Below are positions 11,637-22,500 of a DNA stretch of 64,000 nucleotides, piece by piece (the first letter of the stretch is position 1; every line of letters begins with the position of its first letter). Below the pieces are notes generated by a model. That model saw nothing but the letters and a program-made list of their open reading frames with translations, had not been told where the DNA came from and ran no database searches. Source of the stretch: Malacoraja senta. Its lineage: Eukaryota. Made by a program: the position numbers and the translations under genes. The DNA lies in NCBI GenBank assembly GCA_038087875.1, contig JAXLNO010001219.1, positions 1 through 64,000 of the forward strand. The letters are read 5' to 3'.

Positions 11637-12332
11637 TCGCTAAACACTTTAACTCCCCCTCCCACTCCCACACTGACATTTCTATCCTGGGCATTCTCCA
11701 TTGTCAGAGTGAGTCCCAGCGCAAATAGGATGAACAGCACCTCATATTTCGCTAGGGCAGCTTACACCCCAGCGGTGTGAACATTGACTTCTCTAACTTC
11801 AAGTAACCCTTGCTTTCCCTCTCAATCCAGCCCCCCACTTACCAGCTCTCCGATCAGTCTGACAGTCTCCGACTACATTTTACCACTAATTGCTTTGTTG
11901 TTACCTTCTCCCAGCTAACAATGATCTATTCTACATTTTCCTTGAGCTTCACCCCCTTTGTCCCGTTTTCACACCTTACAATTCCTAATCTAATTATTTC
12001 CACCTCCCTTGACTTCAGTCTGAATAAGGGTCTCGACCCGAAACGTCACCCATTCCTTTCATCCATAGATGCTACCTGTCCCAATGAGATACTCCAGCAT
12101 GTTGTACAACAATATTTTTTTGATTAAATGATTGAAAGAAACAGCATCGATACTGACCATTTGGCCCACCGAGCCCACGTCAACCAGCAATCAACCCTTT
12201 CACACTGGTTCTATATCACCCCACGTTCGCGTCTTTTGAGTACAGTAATGTTGATAAACATGTTATTGCTGCAACGAGTTATTCATTTTGTCCACCGTAC
12301 AAAAGAGTTAATGGACTATAAATAATGGCCAA

Positions 12333-12646
12333 GGTGGCGCAACGGTAGAGTTGCTGCCTTACAACGCTTGCAGTGCGGGAGACCCAGGTTCGATCCCGAC
12401 TACGGGAGCTGTGTGTACGGAGTTTGTACGCTCTACCGTGCCCGCGTGATTTTTCTCCCAGATCTTCGATTTCCTCCCACACTACAAAGACGTACAGGTA
12501 TGTAGGTTAATTGGCTTGCTATAAATGTAAATTGTCCACAGTGTGTGTGGGATAGCGTTATTGTGCGGGGATCGCTGGTCAGTGTGGCCTCGGTGAGCCG
12601 AAGGGCCTGTTTCCGCGCTGTATCTCCAAACTAAACTAAACTAAAC
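12333..12646 (+). mobile_element. tRNA-derived SINE with (AAACT)n tail
   Basis: Head ggtggcgcaacggtagagttgctgcc...ggttcgatccc, tail ctgtatctccaaactaaactaaac. Paralog at about 56417-56625. Confidence 0.8.
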
Positions 12647-14518
12647 CAAATTAGTGGAAAGTCTATTCTTGTGCCGAACAAAATGGTTGAGTTGCAGCTT
12701 GCAAAGCGTGGGGTGTGAAACTGCAAATACATTGTGTTCCTTTCTTCAGTCTGACTTGTGACTGTAACCCCGCCCATGAAAGAACTATGAAAGATGTTGT
12801 TTGAATATAAGAAATGGTGACCTGCAATAACGGAGTAACCGCCATAAAGTTCGGAAAGATTCAAGGATTGCTTTGGGTAAAATGTCCCACTTACAAAGAT
12901 AAATATTATCCACACAGTAAGCGGGGAGACGAGGAAATGAGACCTGAGGCTGCTTTGAACTCATAAACCCCCATGTTAGGGATATCCGAGGAGTGCTGAA
13001 TAGCCAGAGATACTTGCAGATTCTGTGGTCGCATTGATGCTGCCTGGCCCCTTTCAACTCGAGCTTGTTTATGGTCTAATGGGAGGAATGAACTTGAATT
13101 GGATCTTTACCCCACTGCAGGACATCCCAAAGTGCCTCATAGATAGTGAGAGGTAAACAGTCTGAGATGCGACAGATAGACACAAAATACTGGAACAACT
13201 CAGCGGGATAGGCAGCATCACAACAGGGAAAGAACGGGTGACATTTCGGGTCGATGCCACTATTGTGTTTAGTGATGGGTACTGGCTTGCAATGTACTTT
13301 AATCTAATATGTTGCTGTGCTGACACTTTGCTCGCGCTGCTGAAACAATGGTGTGTAGATTCGTAACTCTGAACGGCATCTTGCGAGCAGCTCGCTGTAA
13401 AACTGTTTGCTGAGAAGGGTCAAAGGCGAATGTAGACAGAATTCAATTGTTTTGCTGCATCGTCCGTTCCTCTCTGCAGTGTTTTTAGGTGGGCAAGTAT
13501 ACAGGAAATAGCTCCTAACAAAAGATCCTTTACTGAGGGTCGCCAACGCTCAGCTAACACCAGTGGCGGACTCATCAGTGTGTTACACCCATACTACGTG
13601 ATACATAACATTGCCACAGATGTACACAACCAGAATAAACGGCACTGTTCCACTAAAAGTGACACAACGGAACGATAGACGGCAGCAGATATTAGGTTAT
13701 ATTATAATGCAACTAGTTGCCTACAGAATGAAATTGTTGCAAGCAGATGTACAAAGTCAGCCAATGGAATGTACATGAACACAACTCTGATAATGTATTC
13801 GCTCTGCATTGTAAAGAAGACAAGTTAATAATTCAATTCGCCGTGCATATTCTACCTTGCTTTAACTTCACTAAGTGTATCACTTCGCCCTTGTTGAGTT
13901 ACATTACACATGTCAGTTACATTCCACATCCCGCTTTCCCAGCTGATCCCCATCCTGTGGTAATTCTAGACAAACTTCTTCACAGTCCTCCAGACCGTTA
14001 ATTTTCTATTTTCAAAACGTGAATACCATGACAATAGTGTATCAAATTTGAATTGAAGAGTTGAAGCAGAGAGGAGAGGGTCAAACTCCAATTAACCTCA
14101 GCTGATTTCAGATGAAAACCCCCTACTTCCTAACGCCAGCTTCCTGTTTTGCCCCTTGTCAACAGTAATAAGCAAAAACAAAAGTTCCAATTATTATATT
14201 TTTGATCTGCCGGTCCACTTACAAAATCATCAAGAGGGAATGATCCGGAAGTGTACACATCTTAGACGTTTCTACAATTCTAAATCATGTCATATTTTAT
14301 CCAATGTATCATTGTTTACATGAAGGGGCCCGACCCGAAACGTCACCTAACCATTTTCTCCAGAGGTGCTGCCTGGCCCGCAGAGTTCCTTATGCATGTT
14401 TTTGTCTATCATTATTTCCACCACTGTTCAGTGTTAACAGAGATAATCGCCGCTGCCTCCTAACGGATACATCATACTTGACGAAGTGGTTGAAGCAGCT
14501 GCAATAACAACATGTAAC

Positions 14519-14826
14519 GAGGCCCGAGAGCCGTTGGAGAGGTCGCAGGGGGAGGAGCAACACCCGAGCGGTAGGAGATAAAGAGGAGCGCGGGGCTTGC
14601 TTCTACAGAGGCCCGAGAGCCGTTGGAGAGGTCGCAGAGGGAGGAGCTACACCAGAGCGGTAGAAGTTAAAGAGGAGCGCGGGGCTTGCTTCTACAGAGG
14701 CCCGAGAGCCGTTGGAGAGGTCGCAGAGGGAGGAGCTACACTCGAGCGGTAGGAGTTAAAGAGGAGCGCGGGGCTTGCTTCTACAGAGGCCCGAGAGCCG
14801 TTGGAGCGGTCGCAGAGGGAGGAGGA
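14519..14826 (+). repeat. 89-bp tandem repeat, about 3.4 units, in the CR1 5'UTR
   Basis: ggcccgagagcc recurs at 14521, 14610, 14699 and 14788. Confidence 0.9.
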
Positions 14827-14993
14827 ACCCAAATCTGTAACGTTCCAAGTTCCACTTCAAAAACAAGTGGGTTTAAGGAAGCCGCTGATTGGTGGAAGCA
14901 GACAAGAGGGAGCAGCTGATTGGGAGTCAGATCCCTGCTGATTGTACTGTATTATTTCATTTTGTTTTGTATTCTAACCAGGGTAAGGGGAAT

Positions 14994-15928
14994 ATGAGGG
15001 CCAGGGCAGTTTACTGTTCTGGATCTCAGATGTGGGAAGTCATGGAGTCTGATAGCCCTCCAGACGTCCACATCTGCGCCAGGTGTATCGAGATGGGCTC
15101 CTAATGGACCGTATTAGGAACCTGGATCAGCAGCTCGATGACCTCCATCTGGTCAGGGAGAGCGAGGAAGTCATTGAGAGGAGTTACAGGGATGTGGTCA
15201 CTCCAACACCACAGGAGGCAGGCAAGTGGATCACGGTTGGGAGAGGCAAGGGGCACAGGCAGGGACTAGAGAGTACCCCGGTGGCTGTACACCTTGACAA
15301 TAAGTACTCCTGTTTGAGCACTGTTGGGGTGGACAGCCTACCTGGGGTTAGCGACAGCGGCCGGGCCTCCGGTATAGAGACCGGCCCTGTTGCTCAGAAG
15401 GGAAAGGAAAAGAAGAGGAGGGCAATACTAATAGGGGACTCTATAGTTAGGTGGTCAGACAGGCGATTCTGTGGACGCAGTCGGGAGACCTGGATGGTAG
15501 TTTGCCTCCCTGGTGCCAGGGTCTGTGATGTGTCTCAACGTGTCCAAGATATCCTGAAAGGGCAGGGAGAGGAGCCCGAGGTCGTGGTACATAGAGGTAC
15601 CAATGACATAGGTAAAAAAAGAGAAGAGGTCCTGAAAGGAGAATTTAGGGAGTTAGGAGGGGACTTAAAGAGAAGGACAGAAAAGGTAACAATCTCGGGA
15701 TTACTGCCTGTGCCACGCGACAGTGAGAGTAGGAATGGAGCGAGGTGGAGGATAAATGCGTGGCTGAAGGACTGGTGCAGAGGGCAGGGATTCAAATTTG
15801 TGGATCATTGGGACCTCTTTTGAGGAAGGTGCGACCTGTACAAAAAGGATGGGTTGCACTTAAACCTGAGGGGGACCGATATCCTGGCGGGGAGATCTGC
15901 AAAGGCTACTGGGGAGACTTTAAACTAG
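14994..15928 (+). pseudogene. CR1 ORF1 (Cys-rich N-terminus plus SGNH esterase), disrupted
   Basis: MRARAVYC...CARC, then a frameshift near 15098 into ORF 15083-15823 with GDS and GTNDIG motifs. Premature TGA at 15821, followed by DGLHLN. Confidence 0.8.
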
Positions 15929-16015
15929 AATGGTTGGGGGGAGGGACTCAAATAGAGAATGCTATTAGACAGTGTGTGAGGCAGGAGGCAGAGAAGGAAA
16001 GCACTCAGACCCAAC

Positions 16016-19000
16016 ATGTGGGGGGGGGGAGAAGAAAACAATAATAAACAGAGAATAAGAGGTGGTGGGGTTCTTAAATGGGTGAGCAGAGAAACAGAGG
16101 GGTGTAAAATGCGGGCGGAAGCAATAGGTAGCAAGGTGAAACGTAAAAGTGGCAGGCAGACAAATCCAGGGCAAAAATCAAAAAGAGCCACTTTTCAACA
16201 TAATTGTATAAGGGGTAAGAGCGTTGTAAAAACAAGCCTGAAGGCTTTGTGTCTCAATGCAAGGAGCATTCTTAATAAGGTGGATGAGTTGAACGTGCAG
16301 ATAGCAATTAATGATTATGATATAGTTGGGATCACGGAGACATGGCGCCAGGGTGACCAAGGCTGGGAGCTGAACATCCAGGGATATTCAATATTCAGGA
16401 GGGATAGAGAGAAAGGAAAAGGAGGTGGGGTAGCGTTGCTGGTTAGAGAGGAGATTAACGCAGTGGAAAGGAAGGACATTAGCTTGGAGGATGTGGAATC
16501 GGTATGGGTAGAGCTGCGAAACACTAAGGGGCAGAAAACGCTGGTGGGTGTTGTGTTCAGGCCACCTAGCAGTAGTAGTGAAGTTGGGGATGGCATCAAA
16601 CAGGAAATTAGAAATGCGTGCAACAAAGGCAAAACAGTTATAATGGGTGACTTCAATCTACATATAGATTGGGTGAATCAAATTGGCAGGGGTGCTGAGG
16701 AAGATGATTTCTTGGAATGTATGCGGGATAGTTATCTAAACCAACATGTAGAGGAACCAACGAGAGAGCAGGCTATTCTAGACTGGGTATTGAGTAATGA
16801 GGAAGGGTTAGTTAGCAGTCTTGTTGTGCGTGCCCCCTTGGGCAAGAGTGACCATAATATGGTTGAGTTCTTCATTAGGATGGAGAGTGACATTGTTAAT
16901 TCAGAAACAACGGTTCTGAACTTAAAGAAAGGTAACTTTGAGGGTATGAGACGTGAATTGGCCAAGATTGACTGGCAATTAGTTCTAAAAAGGTTGACGG
17001 TGGATATGCAATGGAAGGCATTTAAAGACTGCATGGATGAACTACAAAAATTGTTCATCCCAGTTTGGCAAAAGAATAAATCAGGGAAGGTAGTGCATCC
17101 GTGGATAACAAGGGAAATCAGGGATAGTATCAAAGCAAAAGATGATGCGTACAAATTAGCCAGAAAAAGCAGCATACCTGAGGACTGGGAGAAATTCAGA
17201 GACCGGCAGAGGAGGACAAAGGGCTTAATTAGGAAAGGGAAAATAAATTATGAAAGGAAACTGGCAGGGAACATAAAAACTGACTGCAAAAGTTTTTATA
17301 GATATGTGAAGAGAAAGAGATTAGTTAAAACAAATGTAGGTCCCTTGCAGTCAGAAACAGGTGAATTGATCATGGGGAACAAGGATATGGCGGATCAATT
17401 GAATATCTACGTTGGTTCCGTCTTCACTAAGGAAGACATAAATAATCTGCCGGAAATAGCAGGGGGCCGCGGGTCAAAGGAGATGGAGGAACTGAGTGAA
17501 ATCCAGGTTAGGTGGGAAGTGGTGTTGGGTAAATTGAATGAATTAAAGGCCGATAAATCACTAGGGCCAGATAGGTTGCATCCCAGAGTACTTAAGGAAG
17601 TAGCTCCAGAAATAGTGGATGCATTAGTGATAATTTTTCAAAAGTCTTTAGATTCTGGAGTAGTTCCTGAGGATTGGAGGGTAGCAAACGTAACCCCACT
17701 TTTTAAGAGGGAGAGAGAAAACGGGGAATTACAGACCAGTTAGTCTAACATCGGTAGTGGGGAAAGTGCTAGAGTCAGTTACTAAAGATGGGATAGCAGC
17801 ACATTTGGAAAGTGGTGAAATCATTGGACAAACTCAGCATGGATTTACGAAAGGTAAATCGTGTCTGACGAATCTTATAGAATTTTTCGAGGATGTAACT
17901 AGTAGAGTGGATAGGGGAGAACCAGTGGATGTGTTGTATCTGGACTTTCAGAAGGCTTTCGACAAGGTACCACATAAGAGATTAGGATACAAACTTAAAT
18001 CACACGGTATTGGGGGTTCAGTATTGATGTGGATAGAGAACTGGCTGGCAAACAGGAAGCAAAGAGTAGGAGTAAACGGGTCCTTTTCACAATGGCAGGC
18101 AGTGACTAGTGGGGTACTGCAAGGCTCAGTGCTGGGACCCCAGCTATTTACAATTTATATTAATGATCTGGACGAGGGAATTGAAAGCAACATCTCCAGG
18201 TTTGCGGATGACACTAAGCTGGGGGGCAGTGTTAGCTGTGAGGAGGATGCTATGAGACTGCAAGGTGATTTGGATAGGCTGGGTGAGTGGGCAAATGTTT
18301 GGCAGATGCAGTATAATGTGGATAAATGTGAGGTTATCCACTTTGGTGGCAAAAACGGGAAGGCAGACTATTATCTAAATGGTGGCCGATTAGGAAATGG
18401 GGAGATGCAGCGAGACCTGGGTGTCATGGTACACCAGTCATTGAAAGTAGGCATGCAGGTGCAGCAGGCAGTGAAGAAAGCGAATGGTATGTTGGCCTTC
18501 ATAGCAAGAGGATTTGAGTATAGGAGCAGCGAGGTTCTACTGCAGTTGTACGGGGTCTTGGTGAGACCACACCTGGAGTATTGCGTACAGTTTTGGTCTC
18601 CAAATCTGAGGAAGGACATTATAGCCATAGAGGGAGTGCAGAAAAGGTTCACCAGACTGATTCCTGGGATGTCAGGACTTTCATATGAAGAAAGACTGGA
18701 TAGACTTGGCTTATACTCGCTAGAATTTAGGAGTTTGAGAGGGGATCTTATAGAAACGTACAAAATTCTCATGGGGTTGGACAGGCTAGATGCAGGAAGA
18801 TTGTTCCCGATGTTGGGGAAGTCCAGGACAAGGGGTCACAGCTTAAGGATAAGGGGGAAATCCTTTAAGACCGAGATGAGTAAAAACGTTTTCACACAGA
18901 GAGTGGTGAATCTCTGGAACTCTCTGCCACAGAGCGTAGTTGAGGCCAGTTCATTGGCTATATTTAAGAGGGAGTTAGATGTGGCCCTTGTGGCTAAGGG

Positions 19001-19040
19001 GATCAGGGGGTATGGAGAGAAGGCAGGTACGGGATACTGA
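16016..19040 (+). pseudogene. CR1 ORF2 (AP endonuclease plus reverse transcriptase), one frameshift
   Basis: Motifs [36 protein letters not shown] 5-nt deletion near 17705 relative to the copy at 42-45 kb splits the ORF. Confidence 0.92.
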
Positions 19041-19479
19041 GTTGGATGATCAGCCATGATCATATTGAATGGCGGTGCAGGCTCGAAGGGCCGAATGGCC
19101 TACTCCTGCACCTATTTTCTATGTATCTATGTATCTATGAGCACTTGGACAGGTCCACGTATGGGGAAGGTTTGGGGAGTTTCGGGTTGAACGTGGGAAG
19201 ATCTGACTAACTTGGATGAGCACATTGGTCTAACGCGTTGGGGAGAAGGGCCTGTTTCCGTGACGTATGACTGTGATCATCTGACCCAACCATTTGTTAA
19301 ATATAACCCTGATCCTTTCACACTGTAACGTGTCGAGCTGCTGCTGGCTCGCTGTGGTTCACGATCTCAAGTCCTGTTCCCTTCTTCGTCGTTGCTATTT
19401 GAGAGATGCGGTTGTATCTGAGAGCTACGAGCTGAGCGACAGACTGACAAGTGCTGACCTCGTCACTGTGGATAAAACA

Positions 19480-19516
19480 ATGTGGATTCCCATTCTTCTC
19501 ATCTCCTCGCTGCCGG
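19480..19516 (+). CDS. Gene B leader exon ([12 protein letters not shown])
   Basis: aaacaATG, hydrophobic signal-peptide start, donor CCGG|gtgagt in phase 1. Identical coding copy at 58209. Confidence 0.85.
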
Positions 19517-22500
19517 GTGAGTCAAAGCCAGATCCTGATATTCCAATGATCAATGTTATTTGGGGTCCCATGCACCCTTTTCACAGCAGAGATAGTTAAG
19601 TATGTGTTGACATGTAATGGGGGAGATGCAACTCAGTGCATTGTGGTGATGGATCTGAAATCACATTTGAATATCTAGACTATGTTCGTAGTTTAACCAC
19701 TGTTGACACTTGGTCTAATTGCATCCTGATGATAGTTTACAAGCATAAAATAAAAAATGAATTTGGAGCAGATACTCCAAGATACCTGGACCGAAGGACA
19801 GAGGTTGCAGCATCACCAGGAAGTTAATTCTACACTTTTAAAATGTGTTTACAACTGAGGGGGGGATTCGGGATTGTGGACTCATTATGTCAGTTCAAAT
19901 ATTCCCTGCATTTCTCCAACTCAAATCTGTCGCAAACCCAACAATTCCCCGGAGTCTGAGACTGAACCACTGTCCTCGCTCTATCCATCTACCCCCAACT
20001 CTCTCTCTATCCACTTTCCAATCCGCAGCCCAGTCCTAGGGTCACCAAAGAGGTAGATAGTTCAGCACTGCTCTCTGGTTGTGGTAGGATGATTCCGATG
20101 TCTGATAACAGCTGGGAAGGAACTGTCCCCGAATCTGGCGGTGTGCCTGTTCACGTTAGTAACGCTCTCCGGTAATGGACCCGCTTTATTGTAACTCGTC
20201 CGTCCTCTGTGTCCTCAGTCAGGGCTTTGTAAAGGCAGTGGCGGCGGTGAATGTCTAAACACGGGTCCGGCTTTCCGCGTCCGGGTGGGACTAGAGGGGT
20301 ACCAGGCGCTGTCCGCGGGCACCTGGGGGATTTCCGGGACATCTGGGCACCGCCTGGGGTTGAATACATCCTTGACAAGTATTGTAACATAGTTGTATAG
20401 TAGTTTATTTCGTTTATTTGTTTGTCTTGTATTATGGCGGTGGGTTCTGTTTTGTTTTATTGTATTGTAAATATTATTTTTAATAATTGAATAAATTATT
20501 TGATAATTTAAAAAAAAACACGCGTCCGGCCCAGTGTCGATTGAGAGATGAATGTTGGTAGCGCAGCCGGCGGCACCGCCAATTACATAGCAAAGTGGGG
20601 TCTTTCTGTAGGGTGAGAGGCCGGGCACCGCCTGGGATTGTTGGAAGGCAGCTCCTGCAAAATTGCCGCGCTCCCTCAGAACCGCACTGCGCTCCCAGCC
20701 CAGTTTCTGCTCAGGGATCTGGGGTGCGAAGTGAACCCTAATTGTACTGACCCGGGGACAGAACACTGACACAACTGGTACAATAACAGCACTGCCTGCA
20801 CTTCAGACCGGAGACATTGGCCGAGAAGCAATACGACACATTATGGAACGTTTTACGTTTTCTTTCATGTAATCTTCAAAATGTATCTATTTCCATTAAA
20901 CGGTTAATTTGTTCTCGATCTGAAAGTTTCTCCGCTCAGTTTCAGATACAGTGTGGGCAAAGTGGGATGTAAGAGGAGCTGTGGGAACAGCGATCACAAT
21001 CGATTGTCACTATGCAGCAGAGTACCGCTCACACACAAAATACTGGTGCCGTGGGAGGAGTCGACCGTGCAGAGATTTAGTGGAAACTAATGGGCAACAC
21101 GGACGGAATGGAAGAGTGTCAATCTCAGATAACCCGGCACGAGGAATATTGACTGTGACTGTGGAGGATCTTCACTCTGAAGATACAGGATGGTACAGAT
21201 GTGGAATTACTACATCTGCCGACCATCCAATATTTAACGTTTTACTCGAAGTATCTGACGGTACGTTTCGCAGCGAATGACTTGACGTCTCCAGTAGAAA
21301 GACAATACAGGATTACAATCGATCCTCTTACAGTGCATAGATACATGAAAAGGAAATTACGTTTAGTGTAAGGCAAATCCAGCAAAGTCCGATTAAGGGT
21401 AGTCCGGGGTCATCAAAGACGTACATAGTTCCACACTACTCTCTGGATGTGGTAGGATGATTCAGATGCCTGACAACAGCTGTGAAGAAATTGTCCCCGA
21501 ATCTGGCGGTGTGCGTGTTCACGCTAGTAACGCTCTCCGGTAAGGGACCTGGAGGTGGGTGGTGAGTGGGCGAGTGGTGAGTGGGTGAGTGATTGGGTGA
21601 GTGGGCAGATGCGTGGCAGATGAAGTTTAATGTGGATAAATGTGAGGTTATCCACTTTAGCAGCAAAATCATGTAGGCAGATTATTATCTGAATGGTGTC
21701 AGTTTAGGAAAAGGGGAAGTACAAAGAGATCTGGGGGTCCTTGTTCATCACTCACTGAAAGTAAGCATGCAGGTACAGCAGGCAGTGAAGGACGCTAGTG
21801 GCATGTTGACCTTAATAACAAGCGGAGTTGTTTACAGGAGCAAAGAGGTCCTTCTGCATTTGTACATGGCACTAGTGAGACCACTCCTGGATTATTGTGT
21901 ACAGTTTTGATCTCCAAATTTGACGAAGGATCTTCTTGCTATTGAGGCAGTGCAGCGTAGGATCACAGGGTTAATTCCCGGGATGGCGGGACTGTCATAT
22001 GTTGATAGAATGGAGCGGCTGCGCTTGTATACTCTGGAATTTAGAAGGATAAGATGGGATCTTATTGAAACATATAAGATTATTAAGGGATTGGATACGC
22101 GAGAGGCAGGAAACATTTTCCCGATATTAAGAATAATGGATAGGCCATTTAAAACGGAGATTAGGAAAAACATTTTCACCCAGAGTGTTGTGAATCTGTG
22201 GAATTATCTGCCTCAGAAGGCAGTGGAGGCCGATTCACTGGATGCATTCAAAAGAGGGTTAGATAGAGCGCTTTGGGCTAGCGGAATCAAGGGGTATGGG
22301 GAAAGGCAGGAACGGGTTACTGATTCTGGATGATCAGCCATGAACACATTGAATGGCGGTGCTGGCTTGAAGGGCTGAATGGCCTACTCCTGCACCTATT
22401 GCCTATGTATATATGTATCTATTTATCTATGTATGTATCTACAGTTCCTTGTGTCTCCACCTCTCATATTGAAAAGCAAGACCAATCAAAAATTGAGCAA

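Larger units (their letters stand above)
10145..12110 (+). mobile_element. Penelope-like fragment interrupted by nested CR1 and Rex1 insertions
   Basis: GIY-YIG-related sequence breaks at ...catcccggtc (about 10352) and resumes at gctaaacacttt (about 11638). The uninterrupted paralog is at 55503-56190. Confidence 0.75.
14519..19138 (+). mobile_element. Full-length CR1 LINE (5'UTR repeats, ORF1 esterase, ORF2 APE-RT, simple-repeat tail)
   Basis: Complete CR1 layout ending in (ctatgtat)n. The empty site is visible in the paralog at about 57863 (catctaacgagcattggac). Confidence 0.92.

Noticed and set aside
12333-12410. tRNA-like sequences (also about 6200-6260, 49370, 52690, 56417)
   Set aside because: They are SINE heads continuing into SINE bodies and tails, with no complete cloverleaf.
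14519-14826. Regular direct repeats as a CRISPR-like array
   Set aside because: The units are contiguous with no unique spacers, and they sit in a eukaryotic LINE 5'UTR.
19295-19309. TATA-like aaatataa about 180 nt upstream of the leader ATG (conserved at about 58027)
   Set aside because: Weak match. Conservation is uninformative within a recent duplication, and no start-site data are available.
20215-20772. Recurrent minus-strand [18 protein letters not shown]... (also 22858, 27125, 61744)
   Set aside because: No recognisable domain, variable length and C-terminus, and no full-length ORF in the 59-kb copy. Recurrence reflects co-duplication of GC-rich intron DNA.
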